Origin: a virus
Lineage: Duplodnaviria > Caudoviricetes
Strand: one strand, 5' to 3'
IMG/VR virus record: IMGVR_UViG_3300049893_000311
Coordinates: 1-62,278 of that record
Length of the DNA stretch: 62,278 nucleotides
Position numbers and translations under genes: made by a program
In this document: piece by piece, positions 1 to 7,429 of the stretch
Numbering within the stretch: position 1 is the first letter of the stretch
Layout of the letters: each line of letters opens with the position of its first letter
Notes under the pieces: model-generated
Databases searched by the model: none
What the model saw: the letters and a program-made list of their open reading frames with translations, nothing else
What the model was told of the DNA's origin: nothing

Positions 1-2
1 CG

Positions 3-75
3 TGGCTCCCCAGGGAATCGAACCCTGCTCTCTCGGGCTTCAACCGAGCGTATCTTCCGCTTCTACTTAAGAGCC
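3..75 (-). tRNA. tRNA-Phe(GAA)
   Basis: Acceptor GGCTCTT/GGGAGCC-A; anticodon arm CTCGG-TTGAAGC-CCGAG; T-loop TTCGATT. Confidence 0.9.
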
Positions 76-78
76 ATG

Positions 79-152
79 TGGCACACCACCCAGGTACTGC
101 CCCCGGTTTTGCGGGTTTGGAAGCCGCCGTGTCACTTTAACACTTGTGGTGC
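79..152 (-). tRNA. tRNA-Trp(CCA), non-canonical T-loop
   Basis: Acceptor GCACCAC/GTGGTGT-G-CCA; anticodon arm GCGGC-TTCCAAA-CCCGC (one mismatch); T-loop GGCAGTA. Confidence 0.8.
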
Positions 153-156
153 ATGT

Positions 157-528
157 TCATTGTAGCAGATGTGCGAGCCTGTTGTCAACCCAATTGCCCC
201 TGAGGGCTGTTCTGCGTCTGTGACAGAGAACACACACCAAGTTACATTTTTCTATCTCTTCCTTCAAAAGTCTAAGCGATCCATTCTGTACAAAATACTG
301 TATGCTATTAGACTTATCTCTCACATGATCAAATTCCAACAGCCAGGGCTCTCCTGGGAACCTAGCCCCGCAATCGAAGCAGGGCGTAGAGTCTTTGATA
401 TCTAGCACATACTGTCTTAATTCCGCTATTTTCTTTTGGTTCCTGTCATAATACTGCTGCTTATTTTTGTAGTAGTGCCTTAGTCGGGCTTCTCTAGCCC
501 TAGGATCGTTAGGATCTTTGTACGCCAT
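157..528 (-). CDS. HNH endonuclease (leaderless start MAYKDPND...)
   Basis: CxxC...EFDHV...CNLVCVLCH HNH motif; ATG at 528 lies 6 nt after a -10 box; longer ORF-track start overlaps tRNA-Lys. Confidence 0.85.
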   Translation of the reverse strand: MAYKDPNDPRAREARLRHYYKNKQQYYDRNQKKIAELRQYVLDIKDSTPCFDCGARFPGEPWLLEFDHVRDKSNSIQYFVQNGSLRLLKEEIEKCNLVCVLCHRRRTALRGNWVDNRLAHLLQ

Positions 529-534
529 CCAAAC

Positions 535-563
535 AGTGTAGCATAGTTTGGATTCTCTGTCAA
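535..563 (-). promoter_or_regulatory. sigma70-type promoter TTGACA-17-TACACT (leaderless HNH)
   Basis: Consensus hexamers, 17-nt spacer, TGn extension. Confidence 0.8.
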
Positions 564-564
564 G

Positions 565-635
565 TACCCCCAGATCGTACCGACCGATCTTCTCTCGGGT
601 AAGAGCCGAGTGCATCACCTTAATGCTTTAGGGGC
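565..635 (-). tRNA. tRNA-Lys(CTT), variant T-loop
   Basis: Anticodon arm CTCGG-CTCTTAC-CCGAG; T-arm GATCG-GTCGGTA-CGATC. Confidence 0.85.
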
Positions 636-639
636 ATTC

Positions 640-765
640 GGGCCGTCTTGCCGACCCTTGTAATCCTTCACGCGGTATTACATACGCCTTCGGTGAAGCG
701 GCACCGAGGACCAGGCCAGTTAATTACCTGTAACTGGACAGGATTAGGGGATTGCAAGATACCCC
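640..765 (-). ncRNA. Structured RNA between tRNA-Asn and tRNA-Lys (long stem plus three hairpins)
   Basis: TCTTGC/GCAAGA and TAATCCT/AGGATTA enclose CCAGTTA/TAACTGG, TCGGTG/CACCGA and a third hairpin. Confidence 0.6.
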
Positions 766-769
766 TACG

Positions 770-840
770 CTCTCCCGCAGAGATTCGAACTCCGATTCGT
801 CGGTTAACAGCCGACCGTTCTGCCATTGAACTACAGGAGA
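770..840 (-). tRNA. tRNA-Asn(GTT)
   Basis: Canonical cloverleaf; GTCGG-CTGTTAA-CCGAC; G73. Confidence 0.95.
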
Positions 841-841
841 A

Positions 842-928
842 TGGTGGGAAGATTTTGTGAAAAGAAAGCCTCTTGGCAATCGATTCTTTTGTCCCGTCAT
901 CATGTTGCAGCATGACTCTGCTCTTCCC
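842..928 (-). ncRNA. ACCA-ended tRNA-like RNA without T-arm
   Basis: Perfect 7-bp GGGAAGA/TCTTCCC followed by ACCA, 1 nt from the tRNA-Asn 5' end; internal hairpins GTCATG/CATGAT and AAAAGAA/TTCTTTT. Confidence 0.6.
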
Positions 929-972
929 AGAAAGCCCCGAGAATCGACTGCAATCGAGCCCGAGGAGTAACG

Positions 973-1045
973 CGGTCCCGAAGGGAGTTGAACCCTCTAT
1001 TTTACCGTGACAGGGTAACGTGTTAAACCGTTACACTACGGGACC
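973..1045 (-). tRNA. tRNA-Asp(GTC)
   Basis: GGTCCCG/CGGGACC-G; TTACC-CTGTCAC-GGTAA. Confidence 0.95.
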
Positions 1046-1048
1046 ATA

Positions 1049-1078
1049 TGGAGTTTTTCGCTGAGGACTCCAACCTCA
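1049..1078 (-). other. H-type RNA pseudoknot upstream of tRNA-Asp
   Basis: Stem1 TGAGG/CCTCA; loop TGGAGT pairs downstream ACTCCA. Confidence 0.6.
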
Positions 1079-1104
1079 TCCAAATCACCCGAAGGCGGTG
1101 CGAG

Positions 1105-1176
1105 TAGCCCCAGAGAGAATCGAACTCTCATCGCAAGGGTGAAAACCTTGTATCCTAACCACTAGACGATGGGGCC
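1105..1176 (-). tRNA. tRNA-Glu(TTC)
   Basis: CAAGG-TTTTCAC-CCTTG; canonical D and T arms. Confidence 0.95.
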
Positions 1177-1179
1177 ATG

Positions 1180-1236
1180 CTCACGTTTTCTTACTACTTA
1201 GCCGAGACACAGAAACCGTGAAAAACACTTTCTCGG
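1180..1236 (-). other. Probable pseudoknot upstream of tRNA-Glu
   Basis: Stem CCGAGA/TCTCGG; loop TTCACG pairs downstream CGTGAG. Confidence 0.45.
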
Positions 1237-1254
1237 TACTCCAAGCGGAGCGCG

Positions 1255-1325
1255 TACCGGATGAGGGAATCGAACCCCCGAATTTAGTGTGTAAAACTAA
1301 TGTTATGCCATTTAACTAATCCGGT
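1255..1325 (-). tRNA. tRNA-Val(TAC)
   Basis: ACCGGAT/ATCCGGT-A; TTAGT-TTTACAC-ACTAA. Confidence 0.95.
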
Positions 1326-1330
1326 AGGAT

Positions 1331-1407
1331 ACTGGTGGTTCAGCGGGTAGTGAGTGCCATCTTTACTTCAAGGCGAGGTGACACTCAACACTTCTCTTTG
1401 CACCAGT
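1331..1407 (-). ncRNA. Long bulged hairpin RNA starting at predicted +1
   Basis: ACTGGTG/CACCAGT and TGAGTGTCA/TGGCACTCA stems; 5' end 6 nt after -10 box at 1414-1419. Confidence 0.5.
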
Positions 1408-1413
1408 ACCTCT

Positions 1414-1442
1414 ATCTTACACTACTTCTGAAAGTCTGTCAA
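1414..1442 (-). promoter_or_regulatory. Promoter TTGACA-17-TAAGAT for tRNA array
   Basis: Consensus match. Confidence 0.75.
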
Positions 1443-1709
1443 GTTCACATCTGAAACATTATACTTGACCTCTACCTTGGCCCTGCCAATGCACGGCTGA
1501 TTTCTAGCAATCCAGTGCGTCGAGCCGGAACCGCTACTGAATCTCCACATAGACTTCAACGGCTTACCGGTTTTAGAGATTCTAGAGGCAAGGTACGAGT
1601 ATTCTGTCTCTGTGTATAATGTCATATCATATCTTGCTTGATAGGAGGATGCCTCTAAGACCACCCACTTATCTCCATCGATTTCAAAGATATCACCACG
1701 TTGTAGCAT
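1422..1709 (-). CDS. Hypothetical protein
   Basis: 95-aa ORF, TAATG coupling to upstream small ORF. Confidence 0.7.
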   Translation of the reverse strand: MLQRGDIFEIDGDKWVVLEASSYQARYDMTLYTETEYSYLASRISKTGKPLKSMWRFSSGSGSTHWIARNQPCIGRAKVEVKYNVSDVNLTDFQK

Positions 1710-1804
1710 TATGCCTTATCCTTCATAACCTCGGTGCGCTCTCTATAGGCTGCAATAGCATCACGAGCCACCTTAAGAATCTGTATCTCGAACCAACTCG
1801 TCAT
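1709..1804 (-). CDS. Small hypothetical protein (31 aa, MTSWFEIQILKVARDA...)
   Basis: Not in ORF track; AAGGA upstream; stop overlaps next ATG. Confidence 0.45.
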   Translation of the reverse strand: MTSWFEIQILKVARDAIAAYRERTEVMKDKA

Positions 1805-2006
1805 TAGTAAACAATCCTTTCAAAGACATAGCAAACCAGTTGAAGGCTGTCGCTGTTGCGGCTGCCGCGATTTTTTCATCATGAGTCATGTATCCAGAGT
1901 CTATGGCCTCTTGGCTTACTTTAACAACAAACTCTGCCGACTCCACAATATCTCTTAATTTGGGAGGAGAGTTAGCCTGCGAGATAGTATACCCTGGTCC
2001 ACGCAT
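1773..2006 (-). CDS. Hypothetical protein
   Basis: 77-aa ORF, TGATG coupling. Confidence 0.6.
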   Translation of the reverse strand: MRGPGYTISQANSPPKLRDIVESAEFVVKVSQEAIDSGYMTHDEKIAAAATATAFNWFAMSLKGLFTNDELVRDTDS

Positions 2007-2245
2007 CAGTAAACGTCTCCGTTCTCTTCGATCTTCTGATCCTCATAGGGGGCTGCCACGCGCCGGTAGAACTCCAACTTAGCACCCTCTAGAGCACCGA
2101 CAACATCATTGATAGTTTGATATGACAAGCCCTGTTTTTCTATATAATCGGTAATTGCCTCGGTGAAAAGAAAGTTCAGTTCACCAGGACCCTTGGGTCC
2201 AAGCAAATACGTATACTTCCTGTCTTTCTCAGAAATATATGGCAT
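2006..2245 (-). CDS. Conserved phage small protein (MPYI...GELN...AKLEFYRR..PYED.KI.ENGDVY family)
   Basis: Recognisable phage family motif; leaderless promoter upstream. Confidence 0.8.
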   Translation of the reverse strand: MPYISEKDRKYTYLLGPKGPGELNFLFTEAITDYIEKQGLSYQTINDVVGALEGAKLEFYRRVAAPYEDQKIEENGDVY

Positions 2246-2250
2246 TACTT

Positions 2251-2279
2251 ATCCTATCAGTAGATGAATGGATTGTCAA
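2251..2279 (-). promoter_or_regulatory. Promoter TTGACA-17-TAGGAT, leaderless
   Basis: ATG 5 nt after -10. Confidence 0.75.
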
Positions 2280-2283
2280 CGGG

Positions 2284-2371
2284 CGGAAGCGAAGAGGTTC
2301 GAACTCTTACGGGCATTATCCCCAACTGTTTTCAAGACAGCGGCCGTCTCCGTCATTCGGCTGGCGCTTCC
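2284..2371 (-). tRNA. tRNA-Ser(TGA)
   Basis: GGAAGCG/CGCTTCC-G; GCTGT-CTTGAAA-ACAGT; long variable arm. Confidence 0.9.
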
Positions 2372-2375
2372 AAAT

Positions 2376-2457
2376 GTCGCATCACCACTCGCATCCCACC
2401 GCCTTGTTGTCCTCGTCCATAGGGGACTCATGCGCCTAAGCCTTGTCCGTGTGCGAC
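2376..2457 (-). ncRNA. Structured RNA starting at predicted +1
   Basis: GTCGCA/TGCGAC, CGCAT/ATGCG, GTCC/GGAC stems; 5' G exactly 6 nt after -10 box. Confidence 0.5.
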
Positions 2458-2463
2458 TAGACT

Positions 2464-2492
2464 AGTCTATCAAACTATCCTAAGTCTGTCAA
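2464..2492 (-). promoter_or_regulatory. Promoter TTGACA-17-TAGACT
   Basis: Consensus match. Confidence 0.75.
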
Positions 2493-2495
2493 GTC

Positions 2496-3449
2496 CTACT
2501 TCAACCAGTCGGTGAATCCGAATTGACGACCGTACCCAGCCGCATTCACCGGACCCAACGATACTCCGTAAGCATTATTAATTTCCCACGGAATGTACTG
2601 ATTAACAGAATATAGAGGAGGGTAAGCATTGATGGACTTCATAAACTCACCGGCCCTCTTCAATGCGTTGTTCCCCCACGAATATGCGTCTGGATATCCA
2701 GAGTTAGAAAGAATTCTGGCAGTAAGAGTTGCCCCACCAATAAACTCCCACGAATATGTCTTTCCGGTATCGTCAACTGTCGGATATGAGCCTGCTGATC
2801 TAGAGATATCTTCTACACAGGCACCAGACTTTCCTGGGAATCCGGCAGGATTAATAGGTGTCCAACTTGTTGCATTTACCGCCCATGTTGGATCGAAGTC
2901 TGCGGTCTTTCTAAATCCAGCATAAACAGTGTTATCAGAATACCCCTTGAAAATCTTAGCACAGACTGCAAGGTCTGCGGTATCTCCAAGATAGGCGCTT
3001 GCTGCGGTCCTGCTGGCAAGAGCCCAGCCGCCCCAGTTATTTGCAGAATCTGAACTGGTAAAATCAATCTTATACCACCTAGAATGTCCACCAATATTGT
3101 AGGTTCTCATAGACGACACCCATGCTACAAAAGCCGGGTCTCTGTAGCCTACTAGGTCTGCGGCTGCAACGAATCCTGCGAGTTGCCTGGCTACTGATAG
3201 CACCCGAGCATTTGCAAGAGAGGCTGTCGGCAACTGCTTAAGAATATTGACAACCTTATCCTTGTGCGCCATCGAGCCAGTCCTGGCATAAACTAATGCT
3301 GCGGCCAGGGTCCTGGCGGGAGTGGTAGAGTTTTGATCCGAAAGATTGATATACCCCATACTTCCATCAGCAACGGACTTCATTTTTGTCCACGGCGTTC
3401 CTGTAACTGGAAGTGTTTGGAGTTTTGTATTAGAAATTATGATTGACAT
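2496..3449 (-). CDS. Alginate-lyase-like (alpha/alpha toroid) protein
   Basis: Helical protein with NNW, E.SR and downstream Y pattern of alginate-lyase-family proteins; start coupled to upstream stop (TAATG). Confidence 0.55.
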   Translation of the reverse strand: MSIIISNTKLQTLPVTGTPWTKMKSVADGSMGYINLSDQNSTTPARTLAAALVYARTGSMAHKDKVVNILKQLPTASLANARVLSVARQLAGFVAAADLVGYRDPAFVAWVSSMRTYNIGGHSRWYKIDFTSSDSANNWGGWALASRTAASAYLGDTADLAVCAKIFKGYSDNTVYAGFRKTADFDPTWAVNATSWTPINPAGFPGKSGACVEDISRSAGSYPTVDDTGKTYSWEFIGGATLTARILSNSGYPDAYSWGNNALKRAGEFMKSINAYPPLYSVNQYIPWEINNAYGVSLGPVNAAGYGRQFGFTDWLK

Positions 3450-4354
3450 TATTGCCACCCCTTAGGTAGAACGATAAAGTCGTCCCAGGTTATGCCCTTT
3501 AAGGCATCAGATTTTAAACTAGTCCCCCACACAGGAGAAACTGCTGACTCCTGCTCTGCTTTAAGACTGGACGCGCCGCCAGAGTTATCACCGATGTAAC
3601 ACCCATATCTTTGAAGGGTGTTTGCAATTACTTTACCGTATGTAGAAAGAGGTAGTGCTGAAACATTAAGGTCTGGGCGAATAGCAATTCTTAGCCCTTC
3701 CGCGCCGAATCCATAATTTCCAGACTCTGCACCAGTCATGGGGTGGCAGTAGCCAGCGCTAGTTAGCGTCTCGCAGATAAATAGATGCAGGGTATGACCC
3801 AGGTCACCAGAACCGGCAACGGCAGCGTCCGCAAGGCTCTTCCTAATTACCATAGCATCACTAATTCTTCCCCTACTAGTAATATTTCTGACGTCATTAC
3901 TCTTAGGGTTCCTGTAATCCAACCCGTTGCTTGAGTGATATGTTACACCAGCAGATGCTACGCTAATAGTATATGGAGCGACAACCTTAGCCTGAGTTCC
4001 AAATACTGTAAACCCATTGGCTAGATCTAGGACTGCGAACGGAGAGTCTGACGTTCCAGTTAGCCTCTGTCCGAAATTTGCTGGTGCCCTGAATCCGCTA
4101 GTCTTTAAAACCCCAGCCTTAGTAGCAACTGTTCCAGTAAGTTTCCATACTGGATCAGCAGAAGTTCCCTCTGCGAATGTTGTTCCCCACTTATTACTAC
4201 CTACACCGCGAATAATTGGATACGGATAACCCTTCTGATCGGGGTGAGTCTTCATAAAACTACGAAAAGTTGCTGTTGCTACAGAATCAACTGGAGCCCC
4301 AACAACTTTAGATTTAAAGAATGAGTCTGCTGTATATGGCAGATATGTTGACAT
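3449..4354 (-). CDS. Hypothetical protein (actinobacterial-like; GHTL, EG.R, LQ.YG.YI.DN.G motifs)
   Basis: 301-aa ORF with GGAGG SD and own promoter. Confidence 0.8.
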   Translation of the reverse strand: MSTYLPYTADSFFKSKVVGAPVDSVATATFRSFMKTHPDQKGYPYPIIRGVGSNKWGTTFAEGTSADPVWKLTGTVATKAGVLKTSGFRAPANFGQRLTGTSDSPFAVLDLANGFTVFGTQAKVVAPYTISVASAGVTYHSSNGLDYRNPKSNDVRNITSRGRISDAMVIRKSLADAAVAGSGDLGHTLHLFICETLTSAGYCHPMTGAESGNYGFGAEGLRIAIRPDLNVSALPLSTYGKVIANTLQRYGCYIGDNSGGASSLKAEQESAVSPVWGTSLKSDALKGITWDDFIVLPKGWQ

Positions 4355-4380
4355 ATGATTACCTCCAAGATGATATCAAG

Positions 4381-4409
4381 ATCATATCACCCATTTGGCC
4401 TAATGTCAA
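4381..4409 (-). promoter_or_regulatory. Promoter TTGACA-17-TATGAT
   Basis: Consensus match. Confidence 0.8.
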
Positions 4410-4421
4410 GATCGTTTACGG

Positions 4422-4492
4422 TCGCTCTAGATAGAATCGAACTATCGAATAGGGATTATGAGACCCTCGGTTTACCATTAGCCTATAGAGCG
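4422..4492 (-). tRNA. tRNA-Met(CAT) (Met vs Ile2 not resolved)
   Basis: CGCTCTA/TAGAGCG-A; AGGGT-CTCATAA-TCCCT. Confidence 0.85.
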
Positions 4493-4516
4493 TTAAACCT
4501 ACCACCTACGCTTTCT

Positions 4517-4620
4517 GCAACATGAGATTGACCTATCCCTTATTTGCACTCCACGGCGGGTCAGGCGGTAACCGACATATTATCCGCATTTGATGCGTTC
4601 ACACAGGGGGTCAATCCTGC
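4517..4620 (-). ncRNA. Structured RNA between tRNA-Arg and tRNA-Met
   Basis: GATTGACC/GGTCAATC and CCCT/AGGG enclose CGCAT/ATGCG and GTCGG/CTGAC hairpins. Confidence 0.5.
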
Positions 4621-4637
4621 TTCACCGCACCCGAGCG

Positions 4638-4709
4638 TCTCCCCGGCTGGAATCGAACCAGCATCTTTAGTTCCGTAGACTAACGTCGTATCCTTTGGAC
4701 CACGAAGAG
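4638..4709 (-). tRNA. tRNA-Arg(ACG)
   Basis: TTAGT-CTACGGA-ACTAA; canonical T-arm. Confidence 0.9.
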
Positions 4710-4710
4710 A

Positions 4711-4785
4711 TGGGGTGTCTAGAGGGTACTGCCCCCTCTTCTCTACTGTCACAGAGTAGCACATCACTTTAATGCTTTAGACACC
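4711..4785 (-). tRNA. tRNA-His(GTG), non-canonical T-loop
   Basis: G-1:C73, encoded CCA; CTACT-CTGTGAC-AGTAG; T-loop GGCAGTA. Confidence 0.9.
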
Positions 4786-4797
4786 ATGTATCCAACG

Positions 4798-4869
4798 TCC
4801 GCCAGGAGTGAATCGAACACTCTACCTCTCGGTCCCAAGCCGAGCGACCTCCCATTAGCCCACAGGCGG
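4798..4869 (-). tRNA. tRNA-Pro(TGG)
   Basis: CTCGG-CTTGGGA-CCGAG; canonical T-arm. Confidence 0.9.
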
Positions 4870-4870
4870 G

Positions 4871-4945
4871 TGGAGCGTGTGCGGGGAATCGAACCCCGAT
4901 CTCTTGCTTGGAAGGCAAGGATAATGGCCTTTATATGACACACGC
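4871..4945 (-). tRNA. tRNA-Gly(TCC)
   Basis: GCGTGTG/CACACGC-T-CCA; CTTGC-CTTCCAA-GCAAG. Confidence 0.95.
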
Positions 4946-4946
4946 A

Positions 4947-5711
4947 TTAGTAACTCTCGTATGCTACATCATAGCACTTTGAGTCAATCCTGTCAAGTAG
5001 TTCCTGAGCAGGACTTGTTTCTAACCCATCAAGTACCATACTACCATTCCAATCGCGTACTGTCAAGTCGGGTTCATTGAATGGGGTCAGATAGGTGGCA
5101 TCAGTCGGCTCACCGCCCCATTTCTTACGGAAGTAGCCCCTGTGGGCTTCGAACCTCTCAGTAGTCACGTTGGGATTATACTTATCAAACTTTTGGGTCA
5201 TAGATCCCTCATGAATAACATCAATGTCTGTTCTGACGTATCCCTTAACACCGGCAAGGATCATCCTTCGGTGCATATCATTGTCCTCAAAGTAAGCGGG
5301 GTAGAAGTTCTGATCGAACCACCCGGCCTGCTCTGTGACCTGTGGAATATCGATAAAGAAACAGAAAAAGTCTGCACCTTCACGGAGCCCCTCATTCTCA
5401 AACATGTGCTGACGTAGTGGTAGCCTTACCTGATTAGGAGACACGACTCCGGCACCAGTCTCGACAATTGTCTTGTAGAGTTCCTCGATTGCGCCGGGTG
5501 GATACTTAAGATCATCATTAGAAATAAGTGCCCATCTATAACCCAAGTCCCTGGCCCTTCTCATGCCCTCGTTCCAGGCTCCCGACACGCCGCGATTATT
5601 GCGCCATGCATCTATAACGATTGGCCTAATGGCTGTGTCAACAGTTTCAATTGTTTCGGTAAACATATCAAACCGGTTAAGACAGGGGATGATGAATGGA
5701 ATACCGATCAT
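4947..5711 (-). CDS. Glycosyltransferase family 2
   Basis: N.GVSGAWN.G, SNDD (DxD-like), FD.NFYPAYFEDND; ATGA overlap at 5711. Confidence 0.85.
   Translation of the reverse strand: MIGIPFIIPCLNRFDMFTETIETVDTAIRPIVIDAWRNNRGVSGAWNEGMRRARDLGYRWALISNDDLKYPPGAIEELYKTIVETGAGVVSPNQVRLPLRQHMFENEGLREGADFFCFFIDIPQVTEQAGWFDQNFYPAYFEDNDMHRRMILAGVKGYVRTDIDVIHEGSMTQKFDKYNPNVTTERFEAHRGYFRKKWGGEPTDATYLTPFNEPDLTVRDWNGSMVLDGLETSPAQELLDRIDSKCYDVAYESY
4968..5066 (-). promoter_or_regulatory. Tandem promoters (TTGACA-17-TAGTAT 5038-5066; TTGACA-17-TATGAT 4968-4996) for tRNA block
   Basis: Two consensus matches within the 3' end of the glycosyltransferase gene. Confidence 0.7.
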
Positions 5712-6718
5712 ATTGTCAACCACTCCGGGTGGTCTAGTGTCCACTCGACAGTCCTCTGCAGAGATTCCTCTAGGGGCAGTGGGGCTTTCCAGCCTGTTGC
5801 CTCGATGTTATCACAATTAAGTGCATATCTTAGATCGTGTCCTGGCCTAGAACTGTGGAAGTCTACAATCTCATAGTGTAGAGGATTGCCAATGAACTCT
5901 GCAATAAGTGTTGCTAGTTCCAGGTTGTCTACCTCTCGCTCACCGGCGATGTGCAGGCGTAGTGGAGTCTCAGCCTCGCCGTACTTCGGGAATGGCAGGG
6001 AGGCGACGTGCATTAGCCCGTCAGCCTGGTTCCTGGCGTGTAGGTAAAAGCGTGAACCGATACGCCCATCTAGCGAGCCGTGAATCTGTACCAATTCCTC
6101 ATTCAAGATACGCTTAATCACCATAGGAACAAACTTCTCGGGATCCTGCGTCTCACCAATAATGTTCATGGTGTTAGTGATAGCCAGCGGAAGTCCGTAG
6201 GTTCTCCAATAAGAAAACGCAATATCTTCCTGTGCAGCCTTGGAAGCGGAGTACGGATTGCTCGGTAGGTGTTGGTCCTGCCACTCACGGTGGGCGTACC
6301 CATCAGGGGCTGGCCCATAAACCTCATCAGTAGAAATTTGAATGAACTTCTCAATATCAGAGTTACGAGCCCAATCCAAAATGTGTACCATCAAGGATAC
6401 GTTATTGATAATGAACGGTGCCGGTTCCTCGATGCTTCTGTCAACGTGTGACTCACTGGCAACGTTGAACACATAATCGATCTTGCCGAACTCTCTGGCC
6501 GTCAGCGTAGAGATAGGCGAGGTGAAGTCACACCTGATAACCTTGGTGCGGGCATAATCTTCATCAACCTCACGAACGGCGTGACGAATTCTATCCTGCA
6601 GCCCCTTGTGAGTGAAGGTGGTTGGGCATACAATGTCCCAATCAGTATTAACTAGAAAGTGGCGAAGCACATGGCTGCCAACAAAACCGGAAGCACCGGT
6701 CAGCAAAACCCTTTTCAT
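5708..6718 (-). CDS. rmlB: dTDP-glucose 4,6-dehydratase
   Basis: GASGFVG, ASESHVDRSI, STDEVYG, YSASK, RPGHDLRY. Confidence 0.9.
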   Translation of the reverse strand: MKRVLLTGASGFVGSHVLRHFLVNTDWDIVCPTTFTHKGLQDRIRHAVREVDEDYARTKVIRCDFTSPISTLTAREFGKIDYVFNVASESHVDRSIEEPAPFIINNVSLMVHILDWARNSDIEKFIQISTDEVYGPAPDGYAHREWQDQHLPSNPYSASKAAQEDIAFSYWRTYGLPLAITNTMNIIGETQDPEKFVPMVIKRILNEELVQIHGSLDGRIGSRFYLHARNQADGLMHVASLPFPKYGEAETPLRLHIAGEREVDNLELATLIAEFIGNPLHYEIVDFHSSRPGHDLRYALNCDNIEATGWKAPLPLEESLQRTVEWTLDHPEWLTI

Positions 6719-6733
6719 CTGTCTCCTGTCGTC

Positions 6734-7429
6734 CTATCCATTATACCCTATCGGAACAATTGGGGCAACAGCATTTTGCTGACCTAGTTCTATGGTATCC
6801 TGGTGCAGTCCGCTGAATGGGACCGAATATCTATCTGCTATATCACTAATCTTATATCCACTAGCAGTCATATTATCGAGAAAGTGTACCTGATTCCACT
6901 CTACCCCCGAGTAGTTGTGCGCCGGGGCGATAAGCAGTGGAGAACCATGATGCTTAACCATCAACCTTGCTGCCTCGCCACTCAGAAGCCCTACGCTATG
7001 TGCAGCGTGAGGCTGTCCATGAGTATCCAGAATCTTCGGACATACATATGCTACCCCATCAGTCATCCTTTCATAAAATATGTCTATAAAATTATCTACT
7101 GCGGGAACATAATCATCTTCCATCAGAAAATAATCCGTTTCATTACCGGCCCTGACGCTGGCATCTATAGCACTATTCCATCCTCCGTAAGAGAAATCTT
7201 GATTATTTCTTATAATAACAGATAGGTCAGTATAGTATGGTTTATAAGGCTGAACCTCTCTGGCAAAATTTACTATATCATCCTTAGAGTCTGCGTTTAA
7301 GACTAGAACTACCCTGTCTAAGGGAGCGTTTGCGTTACTCAGAAAATCTAGATGATCTCTGACGTGGCACGCAGGTCCAGCGGAGCGTCTCTCCCCCATA
7401 TAGAAAACACTTATATAGGTAACGCTCAA
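6734..7429 (-). CDS. Putative GT-A fold glycosyltransferase
   Basis: R.N...SYGGW and FLMEDDY motifs; context. Confidence 0.5.
   Translation of the reverse strand: MSVTYISVFYMGERRSAGPACHVRDHLDFLSNANAPLDRVVLVLNADSKDDIVNFAREVQPYKPYYTDLSVIIRNNQDFSYGGWNSAIDASVRAGNETDYFLMEDDYVPAVDNFIDIFYERMTDGVAYVCPKILDTHGQPHAAHSVGLLSGEAARLMVKHHGSPLLIAPAHNYSGVEWNQVHFLDNMTASGYKISDIADRYSVPFSGLHQDTIELGQQNAVAPIVPIGYNG

Noticed and set aside
668-913. ORF-track ORFs over tRNA arrays (also 4561-4767, 12625-12887, 13236-13472, 2239-2465)
   Set aside because: They overlap well-formed tRNA/ncRNA genes and show no protein motifs.
2410-2435. Hammerhead ribozyme core (AUGA-GUCC..GGAC-GA)
   Set aside because: Lacks CUGAnGA and GAAA conserved core and stems I/III.
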